Part shown: one piece after another, positions 1 to 10,560 of the stretch
How the letters are laid out: the number at the start of each line of letters is the position of its first letter
Numbering within the stretch: position 1 is the stretch's first letter
From: an uncultured Flavobacteriaceae bacterium
Lineage (GTDB): Bacteria > Bacteroidota > Bacteroidia > Flavobacteriales > Flavobacteriaceae
Reading direction: 5' to 3'
NCBI GenBank assembly: GCA_943788315.1
Contig: CALSPU010000001.1
Span: 529,901-593,900 of the forward strand
Length of the DNA stretch: 64,000 nt
Translations under genes and position numbers: made by a program
Notes under the pieces: generated by a model
Database searches by the model: none
What the model saw: only the letters and a program-made list of their open reading frames with translations
Told to the model about the DNA's origin: nothing

Positions 1-37
1 AAATTTCTGTAGCATTGGTGTTACAAAAATATGGAAA

Positions 38-859
38 TTAAAGTTGAGAACTTATCCAGTTTACAACATCTACCAGCATTTCATTTTTGCACAAATCATT
101 GTGTAATTCATGATACCCATTTTCATACAATTTCAGCGTTGCTCTATTTGCATTATTGGCAAATTTTTGTGTTCCTCTATAATCGATAATTTTATCACCT
201 GTTCCATGCAGTAATAGTATTGGGATGGTTAGTTGAGATGCATTTTCAATAGCCCATTTTCCAGAATCAATAAACGTTAAAGAGAAGTTAGGACTAATCT
301 TTGAATGTATTAAAGGATCATTTATATACCTATCAACTTCTGTTTTTTCTCGAGAGATATCATTTGGGTTTATCTCATTACCTAGGGTTACTGAGGGTGC
401 AATTTTTTGCAATAACTTGCCTAGAGCTAATTTGATCTTAGGCGGCTCAAAAGCCAATTTTAAAAAGGGGCTTGTGGCAATAATTCCCTGTAAATGAGTT
501 GATTTTTTGAGGGCATAATTAATTACAGCATTTCCACCCATAGAATGCCCATATAAAAAAATAGGAGTATTGGGGAAAAGTTCCTTTGCTTTTTCTATAG
601 TTACAGCAATACTTTCTAATACAGCTTCAAAACTAGGGTTATGACCACGTTTTCCAGTTGTTTTTCCATGTCCAAAATGATCAAAAGCAACCACAGAAAA
701 ATCATGTTCATTTAAGGTCTTGGCCACATGCATATAGCGCCCTGAGTATTCACCCATTCCATGTGCCAGAACAACAACTGCTTTTGTGTTTTTTGCTTCC
801 CAATATTGACCAAAAAAAGTGGTATTGTAAATATGAAAATTGAATTCTTTATGAGCCAT
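38..859 (-). CDS. Alpha/beta hydrolase, lysophospholipase (PldB/monoglyceride lipase-like)
   Basis: HGMGEY motif, GHSMGG nucleophile elbow, HGTGD and YHELH catalytic Asp/His motifs. Confidence 0.9.
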   Translation of the reverse strand: MAHKEFNFHIYNTTFFGQYWEAKNTKAVVVLAHGMGEYSGRYMHVAKTLNEHDFSVVAFDHFGHGKTTGKRGHNPSFEAVLESIAVTIEKAKELFPNTPIFLYGHSMGGNAVINYALKKSTHLQGIIATSPFLKLAFEPPKIKLALGKLLQKIAPSVTLGNEINPNDISREKTEVDRYINDPLIHSKISPNFSLTFIDSGKWAIENASQLTIPILLLHGTGDKIIDYRGTQKFANNANRATLKLYENGYHELHNDLCKNEMLVDVVNWISSQL

Positions 860-1094
860 CAGTAGTTTTTTTTAGCCAAATTCTAATACTTTTACGAAGT
901 GATTCCTCTGGTCTTGGTAGAGGAATGGTTTTACCAAATTGTTTACTTCTTTTAAATTTTGAAAATGTAATTTTTAGTTGTTTCCATGCTTTTGGATACA
1001 TTTTTAAAAATGTATTGAATAAGAGTTGCTCTGTAGCTTTTTCAGTAAGACTTTTATACACAGCTTCAAATTTCTCTTCTTGATCTGGAATCAT
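849..1094 (-). CDS. Small basic hypothetical protein (~81 aa, MIPDQEEKF...)
   Basis: ATG at 1094 overlaps the pabB stop (ATGA coupling); 3' end overlaps the hydrolase start. Confidence 0.6.
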   Translation of the reverse strand: MIPDQEEKFEAVYKSLTEKATEQLLFNTFLKMYPKAWKQLKITFSKFKRSKQFGKTIPLPRPEESLRKSIRIWLKKTTDGS

Positions 1095-2405
1095 AGTTTG
1101 TTCGAATTTGTTAAAACAAATTGCATTGCCTTTGCTTTTAATAAGCACTCTTCGTATTCTTTTTCTGGAGAAGATTTTGCTGTTATGGCGCTTCCTACAG
1201 AAAATGAAAGATACTTTTTTTCTGCATCATACAAAATACTTCTAATCACTACATTAAAATCAAAATCTCCAGATGGCGTAAAATATCCCACAGTACCTGA
1301 ATACAAACCTCGTTTGGTTTCCTCTAAGCTTTCAATAATTTTCATGGCAGATATTTTTGGAGCCCCCGTCATACTTCCCATTGGAAAAGTATCTTTAATG
1401 ACATCGACAAGATGAACATCCTCCTTTATTTCAGAGACTACTGTAGAGATCATTTGATGCACCTGTTTAAATGAAGATACCTTACATAATTCCTCTACTT
1501 GGACACTTCCTTTTGTAGCAGATTTAGATAAATCATTTCTAACTAAATCTACAATCATAATATTTTCTGATCGTTCTTTAGTGTCTTTTGATAAGGCCGT
1601 GGCAGCTTTCTGATCTTCTAAACGATCTTCAAAACGTTTGGCAGTTCCTTTAATGGGTTGTGAAATAATCTTACGGCCCTTCTTTCTTTAAGTACCTTTC
1701 CGGAGATGCACAAAGTAAAAATTGGTGATCTATTTTTAAAAATGTCGCAAATGGCGCCTCTGAGATGGTATTTAAATCTTCATAAATATGCAGTGGATTG
1801 ATGCGGGTGTTTTCTGCATAAAACTCCTGGCAAAAATTAGCTTCGTAAATATCACCTTTATGAATGTATTCTAGTATGTTGTCTACTTTTTGATGGTAGT
1901 CTTTTTTTGAAATCCGTGACTTAATTTCAATTTTTTCCTCACTTAGATGAGTACTTTGTGGTGTCCATACAATATCACAAATTGCTTTAAAGTCTGTCTC
2001 AATTTCATCATCAACCATTGCTAGATACTGAAATTCTATCTGGTTGTCTTTAATGAATAGTATTTTCTGTGGTTGAAAGAAAAACAACTCTGCAAATCCT
2101 AACTCATCAACATTTGAGGAGGTTAACTTTTCAATAGCATTTTTCACATCATAACTGAGGTAGCCAAATAAATAATCTTGTGTGATCGATTGGTATTCCT
2201 TTAGTTTTTCAAATGCATGTTCTGCATCTGTTTGAATACTTGTAAATTCCTCAATAGCAAGAATAGTATCAAAATCATGGTGTTCTTGGCGGTGTTTGTT
2301 AGAATCTAACCAAACAACAGTCTCGTATTGTTGTGCCCATCTCAATAATTTTTCATTGAGATTTGAAACAGTTTCTATAGAGAAAGTACGTGTTGTTCTT
2401 TGCAT
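1091..2405 (-). CDS. pabB: Aminodeoxychorismate synthase component I (chorismate-binding MST family); frameshift near 1675, likely sequencing error
   Basis: ORFs 1671-2405 and 1091-1558 join through PIKGT...[13 protein letters not shown]; SPERY and TGAPK motifs. Confidence 0.85.
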
Positions 2406-2452
2406 TTTGAAGGCAAAAAATTTAAACTGAGTTTTGCTGTATTATTAAAAAG

Positions 2453-2481
2453 TAATGATCGGAAGGAGCTTCCGATCATTA
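2453..2481 (-). terminator. Intrinsic terminator after lpdA
   Basis: 13-bp stem TAATGATCGGAAG/CTTCCGATCATTA followed by a T run on the minus strand. Confidence 0.7.
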
Positions 2482-2506
2482 TGTATTTATATATGTAATA
2501 TGCCTT

Positions 2507-3908
2507 TTAAGCGTTTAATGGTTTTCCATCCCACGCTGCTTTAGCCGCTTCTTTCATGGCCTCAGCATAGGTTGGATGTCCATGACAAATTCTTGCCAAG
2601 TCTTCTGCTGACGCTCTGTATTCCATGGCAACTGCTGCTTCCATAATTAAATCTGCTGCTCTTGCGCCTACAATATGAACTCCTAAGACTTCATCGGTTT
2701 CTTTATCTGCTAATACTTTTACAAAGCCATCAATATCTCCACTAGCTCTTGATCTTCCTAGAGCTCTCATGGAAAATTTACCAGATTTATAGTGAACACC
2801 AGATTCTTTTAGTTCTTGTTCAGTTTTTCCTACAGCAGCAACCTCAGGCCATGTGTATACAATTCCTGGAATTAAATTATAGTCTATATGTGGTTTTTGT
2901 CCTGCAATAAGTTCTGCAACTACCACACCTTCCTCTTCAGCTTTATGGGCTAGCATAGCCCCCTTAACTACATCACCAATTGCATAAATGTTTGAGACGT
3001 TAGTTTGAAGATGATCATTTGTTGCTATTTGACCTCTCTCGTTAACCTTCACACCAATATTTTCTAGTCCTAATCCGTTGGTATAGGCTTTTCTTCCCAC
3101 AGATACTAAACAATAATCTCCTTTAAAAGTTACTTCTTCACCTTTTTTATTGGTCGCTTTTACCGTAATTTCTTCTCCGTTACGCTGTACATCATTTACC
3201 GCATGTTTGGTGAAAAATTTCACCCCTTGCTTTTTTAAGTACTTTCTGAAGCTCTTTGGAAACATCTGCATCCATTCCAGGGACAATCTTATCCATGTAT
3301 TCAATCACACTTACTTCTGCACCCAAACGCTTGTAAACAGAACCTAATTCTAAGCCAATTACTCCACCACCTATAACTACAAGATGTTTTGGTATTTCAG
3401 GAAGCTTTAAAGCTTCAGTAGAGGTAATAATTCTATCTTTATCTAATTCAATAAAAGGTAAAGAGGCGGGTTTAGATCCGGTTGCTATAATAATGTTGGT
3501 TCCTTCTATAGTTTCATCAGTTCCATCATTTTTTGTAATTTTTATATGGGTAGCATCTACAAATGATCCCATTCCTTCAAAAACATCAATATTGTTTTTG
3601 TCCATCAAATATTTTATACCACCAGTAGTTTGTTCTACAACAGTAGCTTTACGTTCAATCATTTTTGTAAAATCAATCTTTGGAGGATCGATTAAAATTC
3701 CATGTTCTTCAAAATGTTTCACAGCATCATAATAATGATGAGAAGAATCTAACAAGGCTTTTGAAGGAATACAACCAACATTTAAACAGGTTCCACCCAT
3801 GGTAGCATATTTTTCTATAATGGCAGCCTTTAAACCTAATTGAGAGGCTCTTACTGCAGAAATATATCCTCCAGGACCAGAACCAATAACGATAACATCG
3901 TATTTCAT
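2507..3908 (-). CDS. lpdA: Dihydrolipoyl dehydrogenase; frameshift near 3235, likely sequencing error
   Basis: GSGPGG, GGTCLNVGCIPSK redox disulfide, GGGVIG, HPTYAE; two overlapping ORFs. Confidence 0.93.
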
Positions 3909-4055
3909 TTTAATTGAATTATATATACTACAAAAGTACTCATTATTCTTAAAATTATAACGGATTTTCCTTCTTTAAACTGCAAATATAAATTCAGTTT
4001 AAAATTCTAAAATAAATAAGATTATTTTTGTGAATCATTTGTAAAAAACAACCAC

Positions 4056-5291
4056 TTGAAGCATCATGTTTTTATCATAGGGTCTGTTTGGGTAGAACCA
4101 AACTCTTCAGCTGCTGGGAGTAGGATGCTTCAGCTCATCACTTCTTTTTTGTCTCAGGGTTGGTGTGTTACTTTCGGAACAGTTGCTCACAAAAATCCAA
4201 ATTCCATAGACTTATCTAAACTAGGGGTTCAGGAGGTTCGCTTAGAATTAAACTCCACTAGCTTTGATGAGTTCATAACAGATTTAAAACCAACAATAGT
4301 TATTTTTGATCGTTTTATCACAGAAGAGCAATTTGGTTGGCGAGTTGCAGAATATTGTCCAAAAACGCTTCGTGTTCTAGATACTGAAGACCTTCATTGC
4401 CTGAGAAAAACTAGACATGAAGCCCTCAAAAAAGGGATTGAGTTTAGTAATGAGATGCTCTTAAATTCAGAGATGTCTAAACGAGAAATCGCAGCAATTT
4501 ATCGTTGTGATATTTCTTTAATCATTTCAACATTTGAGATGAAGTTATTGCGAGAAGTATTTAAAATTGATAAAAGCTTGTTGTATCATTTACCATTTTT
4601 ATTTGATAAAATTGATAAAAATAATTCATGGAAACCCTATGATGAAAGACATCATTTTGTATCTATTGGTAACTTCCTTCATGCACCCAATCTAGATGCA
4701 ACAATTCAATTAAAAAAATATATTTGGAAAGAAATTCGAAAAAGATTACCAGCTGCACAGCTTCATGTTTATGGAGCGTATCCAACCCAGCAAGTTTTAG
4801 AATTTACCAATGCAAATGAAGGCTTTTTTGTTCATGGTTTTGTAGAGAATGCTTTTGAGGTTCTTCAAAATAGTAGAGTTTTACTGGCTCCTTTGCGTTT
4901 TGGTGCAGGAATTAAAGGAAAACTTAGCAATGCGATGTTGTGCGGAACACCTTCAGTTACCAGTAGTATAGGTTCTGAAGGAATGAATGACGAAATTCCG
5001 TGGAGTGGTTTTGTAGAGGATGAAATAGCAAATTTTGTAGAGAAAGCTGTTTTTTTATATACAGATAAACATCAATGGAATCAAGCACAACACTATGGTG
5101 TGGATATTATAAATTCTAAGTATAATAAAGAATTAATTGAACCAGACTTTATTAACTATATTCAAGAAGTTTTCTCCAAATTAGAAGACTACAGAAACGG
5201 TAATTTTACAGGAAAAATGTTGATGCATCACTCTCTGCAGAGCTCAAAATATATGAGTAAATGGATTGAAGAAAAGAATCGTAAAGGATAA
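4056..5291 (+). CDS. Glycosyltransferase (GT-B fold, family 4-like)
   Basis: DTEDLH, GNFLHAPN and PLRFGAGIKGK motifs. Confidence 0.75.
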   Translation: MKHHVFIIGSVWVEPNSSAAGSRMLQLITSFLSQGWCVTFGTVAHKNPNSIDLSKLGVQEVRLELNSTSFDEFITDLKPTIVIFDRFITEEQFGWRVAEYCPKTLRVLDTEDLHCLRKTRHEALKKGIEFSNEMLLNSEMSKREIAAIYRCDISLIISTFEMKLLREVFKIDKSLLYHLPFLFDKIDKNNSWKPYDERHHFVSIGNFLHAPNLDATIQLKKYIWKEIRKRLPAAQLHVYGAYPTQQVLEFTNANEGFFVHGFVENAFEVLQNSRVLLAPLRFGAGIKGKLSNAMLCGTPSVTSSIGSEGMNDEIPWSGFVEDEIANFVEKAVFLYTDKHQWNQAQHYGVDIINSKYNKELIEPDFINYIQEVFSKLEDYRNGNFTGKMLMHHSLQSSKYMSKWIEEKNRKG

Positions 5292-5292
5292 G

Positions 5293-7311
5293 CTATAACA
5301 ATCCTGCTCTTTTTAATAAAGCTTCTGGTTTGGGTTCTTGGCCTCGAAAACGTTTGTATAATACCATGGGTTTTTCAGTACCACCTTTACTTAAAACATG
5401 TTCTTCAAATTTAGCCGCAACTTCTTTATCGAAAATTCCTTTTTCTTGAAAGTATTCAAAAGCATCAGCATCTAAAATCTCGGCCCATTTGTAGGAGTAA
5501 TATCCTGCTGAATACCCACCCTGAAAAATATGCGAAAAAGCGGTACTCATACAATTTTCTGAAACATCAGGGTACAATTGAGTTTCAGAAAAAGCCTCGG
5601 CTTCAAATTCTTTTACAGATAAGATATTTTTAGGATTTTTTCCTCCATGCCAAGCCATATCTAATAACCCAAAGCTCAGTTGGCGTAATGTTTGCATGCC
5701 TTCATGAAAGCTTGCAGATTCTTTAATTTTATTCACATATTCCATAGGAATAACTTCTCCTGTTTGGTAATGTTTAGCAAACAACGCTAAGGCTTCTTTT
5801 TCATAACACCAGTTCTCTAAGATTTGACTTGGTAACTCTACAAAATCCCAAGACACAGAGGTTCCTGAGAGACTGCTATAGGTGGTGTTTGCCAACATGC
5901 CATGCAAAGCGTGTCCAAATTCATGAAATAAGGTGGTTACCTCATTAAAGGTTAATAAAGAAGGTTTTGTCTCAGTAGGTTTTGTAAAATTACAAACAAT
6001 AGAAATGTGAGGTCTTTCATTGCTATTATTTTTAATTTGTTGCGATTTATAGGAGGTCATCCATGCACCATTTCTTTTTCCCTCTCTTGGGTGAAAGTCT
6101 GCATATAAAATGGCAATAAACTCACCTTTAGTATTTTTAACATGGTAGGTTTTTACATCTTCATGATATTTTTCAATAGTAAAAACTTCTTCAAAGGTTA
6201 AATTAAACAATCTTTTGGATACCGTAAATACCCCCTGAATAACATTCTCTAATTGAAAATAGGGCTTTAATATTTCTTGATCCAAATTAAATATTTCTTT
6301 TTTCAATTTTTCAGAATAGAAGGCGCTATCCCATTTTTGAAGTTGATCTATTCCATCCAATTTTTTTGCAAATGACTCAAGTTTTTTAAATTCTCTAAGT
6401 GCTGCTGGTTTTGCCTTTCTTAATAAATCATTAGAAAAAGAAAGTACTTTTTCAGGAGTTTCGGCCATTCGTTCCTCCAATACAAAATGTGCATGTGTTT
6501 CATACCCTAGTAAATTTGCTCTTTGATGTCTTGAGTTAACAATATTTAAAACAATTTTTTCATTATTATTTTCATTGTTTTGAAACCCCTTTTTTCCAAA
6601 GGCTATAGAGAGTTTTTTTCGTAATTCTCTATTTTCAGCATACGTTACAAATGGTATGTAACTTGGGTAATCTAAGGTTATAAGCCAGCCTTCTTTATTT
6701 CGGTTCTTTGCCAATAAACTAGCAGCTTCTTTTGCTCCATCAGGAAGCCCTTTTAAGTCTTTTTCATGAGTAATATGTAACTCAAAAGCATTTCCGTCTG
6801 CCAAAACATTCTCTCCAAATTGTAAAGAGAGTCTAGACAATTCAGTATCTATTTTTCGTAATTTTTCTTTGTCTTCGTCATTTAAATTAGCACCATTTCT
6901 TGAAAACCCTTTGTATTGTTTTTCCAGTAACATGCTTTGTTCAGGATCTAAATTTAAGGTTTCTCTAATGTCATATACAGATTTTACTTTTATGAATAAG
7001 GCTGAATTTAAAATCATATCATTTTTAAATTCACTTAACCAAGGTGAGATTTCTTGGGCTATTTTCTGAATAGCTTCGGAGGTCTCTGCTGAGTTTAAAT
7101 TGAAGAAAATACTGGTAATTCTTCCAAGTTTTTGTCCTGTAAATTCTAGTGCTTCTGTAGTGTTTTTAAAGCTTGGTGTTTCAGGATTTGAGATGATGGT
7201 TTCTATTTCTTTTTTACAAATCTCTATAGCTTTTTTAATGGCAGGTTTGTAATCTGTGCTTGATATTTTTGAAAAAGGAGCGGTATTAAAATCTTCTAAT
7301 AAAGGATTCAT
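5293..7311 (-). CDS. dcp: M3 family peptidyl-dipeptidase Dcp
   Basis: HEFGHALH zinc motif, DFVELPSQ, GYSAGYYSYKWAE. Confidence 0.9.
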   Translation of the reverse strand: MNPLLEDFNTAPFSKISSTDYKPAIKKAIEICKKEIETIISNPETPSFKNTTEALEFTGQKLGRITSIFFNLNSAETSEAIQKIAQEISPWLSEFKNDMILNSALFIKVKSVYDIRETLNLDPEQSMLLEKQYKGFSRNGANLNDEDKEKLRKIDTELSRLSLQFGENVLADGNAFELHITHEKDLKGLPDGAKEAASLLAKNRNKEGWLITLDYPSYIPFVTYAENRELRKKLSIAFGKKGFQNNENNNEKIVLNIVNSRHQRANLLGYETHAHFVLEERMAETPEKVLSFSNDLLRKAKPAALREFKKLESFAKKLDGIDQLQKWDSAFYSEKLKKEIFNLDQEILKPYFQLENVIQGVFTVSKRLFNLTFEEVFTIEKYHEDVKTYHVKNTKGEFIAILYADFHPREGKRNGAWMTSYKSQQIKNNSNERPHISIVCNFTKPTETKPSLLTFNEVTTLFHEFGHALHGMLANTTYSSLSGTSVSWDFVELPSQILENWCYEKEALALFAKHYQTGEVIPMEYVNKIKESASFHEGMQTLRQLSFGLLDMAWHGGKNPKNILSVKEFEAEAFSETQLYPDVSENCMSTAFSHIFQGGYSAGYYSYKWAEILDADAFEYFQEKGIFDKEVAAKFEEHVLSKGGTEKPMVLYKRFRGQEPKPEALLKRAGLL

Positions 7312-7338
7312 TGGTAGGTACAGTAAGAATAAATGTTA

Positions 7339-7818
7339 TTATTTTTTTACGCGATCTGAAGCTTGAGTTACTTTTATTTTTAGACCCTCTTTGTAGGCTA
7401 TGATTTTGTCTTGAACACATCTATCTGAAGCTCCAATAATTTGAGCAGCTAAGATACCTGCATTCTTTGCACCATCTAATGCAACAGTTGCCACCGGAAC
7501 TCCTCCAGGCATTTGTAATATAGACAATACAGAATCCCATCCATCTATCGAGTTTCTGCTTTTTACAGGAACACCAATTATAGGTAAAGGACTTAAAGAG
7601 GCTACCATTCCTGGCAGGTGAGCGGCTCCTCCAGCACCAGCAATAATTACTTTAATACCTCGTGTATGTGCATTTTTTGAGTAGTCGAATAATTTTTCTG
7701 GGGTTCTATGAGCAGAGACAATATCTACCTCTATTTGAATATCAAAACTTTCAAGGATGTCAATTGCTTCTTGCATGATTGGAAGATCTGAATCGCTTCC
7801 CATTATAATTCCTACCAT
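7339..7818 (-). CDS. purE: N5-CAIR mutase
   Basis: IMGSDSD, SAHRTP, AGGAAHLPG. Confidence 0.97.
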   Translation of the reverse strand: MVGIIMGSDSDLPIMQEAIDILESFDIQIEVDIVSAHRTPEKLFDYSKNAHTRGIKVIIAGAGGAAHLPGMVASLSPLPIIGVPVKSRNSIDGWDSVLSILQMPGGVPVATVALDGAKNAGILAAQIIGASDRCVQDKIIAYKEGLKIKVTQASDRVKK

Positions 7819-7825
7819 TATGCTT

Positions 7826-8983
7826 CTATTTACTGATTACTTTAATTATTTTTTTGACCTGTTGTGCAACTTTTCGTGCTTTATTAATATCTTTATTTAC
7901 GATGGTTACATGGCCCATCTTTCGAAAAGGTTTGGTTATTTTTTTTCCGTAAATATGAGGTGTAACACCATCGATTTGTAAAATTTTGTCAATATTTTCG
8001 TAGACTACCTCACCTGTGTATCCTTCGGCTCCTACAAGATTAACCATAATTCCTCCAACTTTGCTATCTGTATTTCCTAGAGGAAGGTTTAAGATACTTC
8101 TCAAGTGTTGTTCAAATTGATTTGTGTAACTAGCCTCAATACTATAATGACCAGAATTGTGTGTTCTAGGGGCAACTTCATTGACCAAAATCGTATCTTC
8201 TTCTGTTTGAAACATTTCTACAGCGAGTAACCCTACAAAATCAAAAGCATCAGCAACTTTTAAGGCAATTTCTCTTGCTTTTTTTGCGATGCTATCATCA
8301 ATCCTAGCAGGACAAATAACATATTCAACTTGATTTGCTTCTGGGTGAAATTCCATTTCAACCACAGGATATGAGGTTACTTCTCCAGAGCTGTTTCTTG
8401 CAACAATAACTGCCAGTTCATTTTTAAATGGAATTAGGTTTTCTACAATACACTCTCCTTGTGGAAGATTTTCTAGATCTTCAAAAGTTCTTACTATTTT
8501 AACGCCTGTTCCGTCATACCCAAAGCGTGCTGCTTTCCAAACAAAAGGCAACTCTATGATATCATTGTCATAAGAGTGCTTGAGCTCCTCTAAATAGGCA
8601 TAATGAAAGAAGGGCGCAGTTGGGATATTTTTATCGTTATAAAAATTCTTTTGCGTTGCCTTATTTTGAATGATTCTGATGCTTTTTGGTGTTGGGTAGA
8701 TGCTAAGACCTTCTTTTTCTAACCGATCCAAGGCATCAATATTTACATTTTCAATTTCAATAGTTAATAAGTCTACTCGTTTACCAAAATTGTATACGGT
8801 ATCAAAATCCAATAGGTTACCTTGATGAAACTCATTGCAAATTTGTGCACAAGGAGCTTCATTTGATGAATCTAGAATACTTGTATAGATGTCAAATTTT
8901 TGGGTTTCTGTAAGTAACATTCTACCCAATTGACCTCCGCCAAGGACGCCTAGTTTAAAATCTGATGAAAAGTAATTTTTCAA
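7826..8983 (-). CDS. purK: N5-CAIR synthetase (ATP-grasp)
   Basis: GGGQLGRM, GYDGxG, NEVAPRTHNSGH, RKMGH; adjacent to purE. Confidence 0.95.
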   Translation of the reverse strand: MKNYFSSDFKLGVLGGGQLGRMLLTETQKFDIYTSILDSSNEAPCAQICNEFHQGNLLDFDTVYNFGKRVDLLTIEIENVNIDALDRLEKEGLSIYPTPKSIRIIQNKATQKNFYNDKNIPTAPFFHYAYLEELKHSYDNDIIELPFVWKAARFGYDGTGVKIVRTFEDLENLPQGECIVENLIPFKNELAVIVARNSSGEVTSYPVVEMEFHPEANQVEYVICPARIDDSIAKKAREIALKVADAFDFVGLLAVEMFQTEEDTILVNEVAPRTHNSGHYSIEASYTNQFEQHLRSILNLPLGNTDSKVGGIMVNLVGAEGYTGEVVYENIDKILQIDGVTPHIYGKKITKPFRKMGHVTIVNKDINKARKVAQQVKKIIKVISK

Positions 8984-9041
8984 AACAATATAGTGTTGAT
9001 ATAAAAAGCAAAAGTACGCATTCTATTGACTATTTCGTATA

Positions 9042-9461
9042 TTAATAATTAGTGATTCTTAGAAGTGAACCATTTATGTTATTAACTAAATATTCATTTG
9101 CAAAACAAGTACTCCCTTCGGTTAAAGGTGCTCCATTTAAAACATTATACTCACTATTATCACAAGGGCATACAATTCTCAAATTAGAATCGACAATCAT
9201 TTGTGAACAAGATGAAAGATTTTGTCCAGGGCATGATCGATCAAAAGCTTTAAATTGAGTACCATTATTGTAAATAATCAATCCTTGTAAACCACCGCTT
9301 GTGTAAGCCCATCCACCAGGAACTTGAAGGTCAATAAATTGTGGAAGATCCAAATTTATAGTTTCATTGACGGTAATAAAAGGAAAACAATCATTGTCAA
9401 TAGCGTTATTAGTACATCCTAGAGATAAAACTAAAGTGATTAAAAAAACAATTTTTTTCAT
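9042..9461 (-). CDS. Cys-rich lipoprotein with a Rieske-like fold
   Basis: Start MKKIVF; lipobox LSLGC; AFDRSCP and CPCDNSEY resemble Rieske boxes. Confidence 0.65.
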   Translation of the reverse strand: MKKIVFLITLVLSLGCTNNAIDNDCFPFITVNETINLDLPQFIDLQVPGGWAYTSGGLQGLIIYNNGTQFKAFDRSCPGQNLSSCSQMIVDSNLRIVCPCDNSEYNVLNGAPLTEGSTCFANEYLVNNINGSLLRITNY

Positions 9462-9512
9462 ATGGAATTTATTCGGTACTGCCTTAAAAAGGCACAATTT
9501 ACAATTATTTTG

Positions 9513-9520
9513 TACATTTG
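9513..9520 (+). promoter_or_regulatory. Bacteroidota -7 promoter element for greA
   Basis: TACATTTG matches TAnnTTTG. Confidence 0.55.
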
Positions 9521-9621
9521 TAAACTAAATCTCATCCTGTAAAAAGGCAATGAGATTTTCTATTCTATATTGAAGGTTGTTTTTAATAAAATAACTAAAA
9601 ATTTTCAAAAATTTAGAAATC

Positions 9622-10095
9622 ATGAGTGAAGTTTCCTATTATACCCCAGAAGGATTAAAAAAATTAAAAGAAGAATTATTACAGTTAGAGCAAGTTGAAA
9701 GACCCAGAGTAACTCAGGAGATTGCAGATGCCAGAGATAAAGGTGATTTGAGTGAAAATGCTGAATATCATGCCGCAAAAGAAGAACAATCTTTGCTAGA
9801 AACAAAGATAGCAAAGCTTAAAAATGTAGTAGCAAGTGCTAGAATTATTGATGAATCTCAGTTAGATGTGTCTAAAATCTTAATTCATTCTAAAATTAAA
9901 ATTAAAAACATAACCAATGGGATGGAGTTTTCATATACCCTAGTTGCTGATTCTGAATCTGATATTAAAAATGGGAAATTATCTGTAAATTCTCCAATAG
10001 GTAAAGGGTTATTGGGTAAAGAATTAGGTGATAATGTAGAAATTAAAGTACCTAATGGGATTATGAAATTTGAGGTTACTCAAGTTACAAGATAA
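9622..10095 (+). CDS. greA: Transcription elongation factor GreA
   Basis: GDLSENAEYHAAKEEQ; SPIGKGLLG. Confidence 0.97.
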   Translation: MSEVSYYTPEGLKKLKEELLQLEQVERPRVTQEIADARDKGDLSENAEYHAAKEEQSLLETKIAKLKNVVASARIIDESQLDVSKILIHSKIKIKNITNGMEFSYTLVADSESDIKNGKLSVNSPIGKGLLGKELGDNVEIKVPNGIMKFEVTQVTR

Positions 10096-10170
10096 GAAAT
10101 ATTAAAATAGTTGAATAAAACGCTTTTCTAATGGAAAGTGTTTTTTTATTTTTATAAAAAATAGACAAAT

Positions 10171-10560
10171 ATGAGTATTTTTACAAAGATTGTTTCAGGA
10201 GAAATACCTTCTTATAAAATTGCAGAAGATGACAATTACCTTGCTTTTTTAGACATTAATCCAAATACAAAAGGCCATACATTAGTAATTCCCAAAAAAG
10301 AAATTAATAAATTATTTGACTTAGATCAAAAGGAGTATTTAGACTTAATGCGTTTTTCTTATCGAGTAGCAAAAGCTATAGAAAAAACAGTTCCCTGTAA
10401 ACGAATTGGGATGAGTGTCATAGGTCTAGAAGTGCCCCATGTGCATGTGCATTTAATTCCTATTAATACAATGAACAATATGAGATTTGTAGAGAAAGAA
10501 AAATTAACTTCCAACGAGTTTGAAAGTTTAGCTAAAGATATATCAAGTAATTTTAGCTAA
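10171..10560 (+). CDS. HIT family nucleotide hydrolase
   Basis: HVHVH histidine triad; SIFTKIVSGEIP N-terminus. Confidence 0.92.
   Translation: MSIFTKIVSGEIPSYKIAEDDNYLAFLDINPNTKGHTLVIPKKEINKLFDLDQKEYLDLMRFSYRVAKAIEKTVPCKRIGMSVIGLEVPHVHVHLIPINTMNNMRFVEKEKLTSNEFESLAKDISSNFS

Noticed and set aside
2507-3908. Programmed frameshifting or phase variation in lpdA (also era, alaS, map)
   Set aside because: Similar breaks occur in many unrelated housekeeping genes; sequencing error is the simpler explanation
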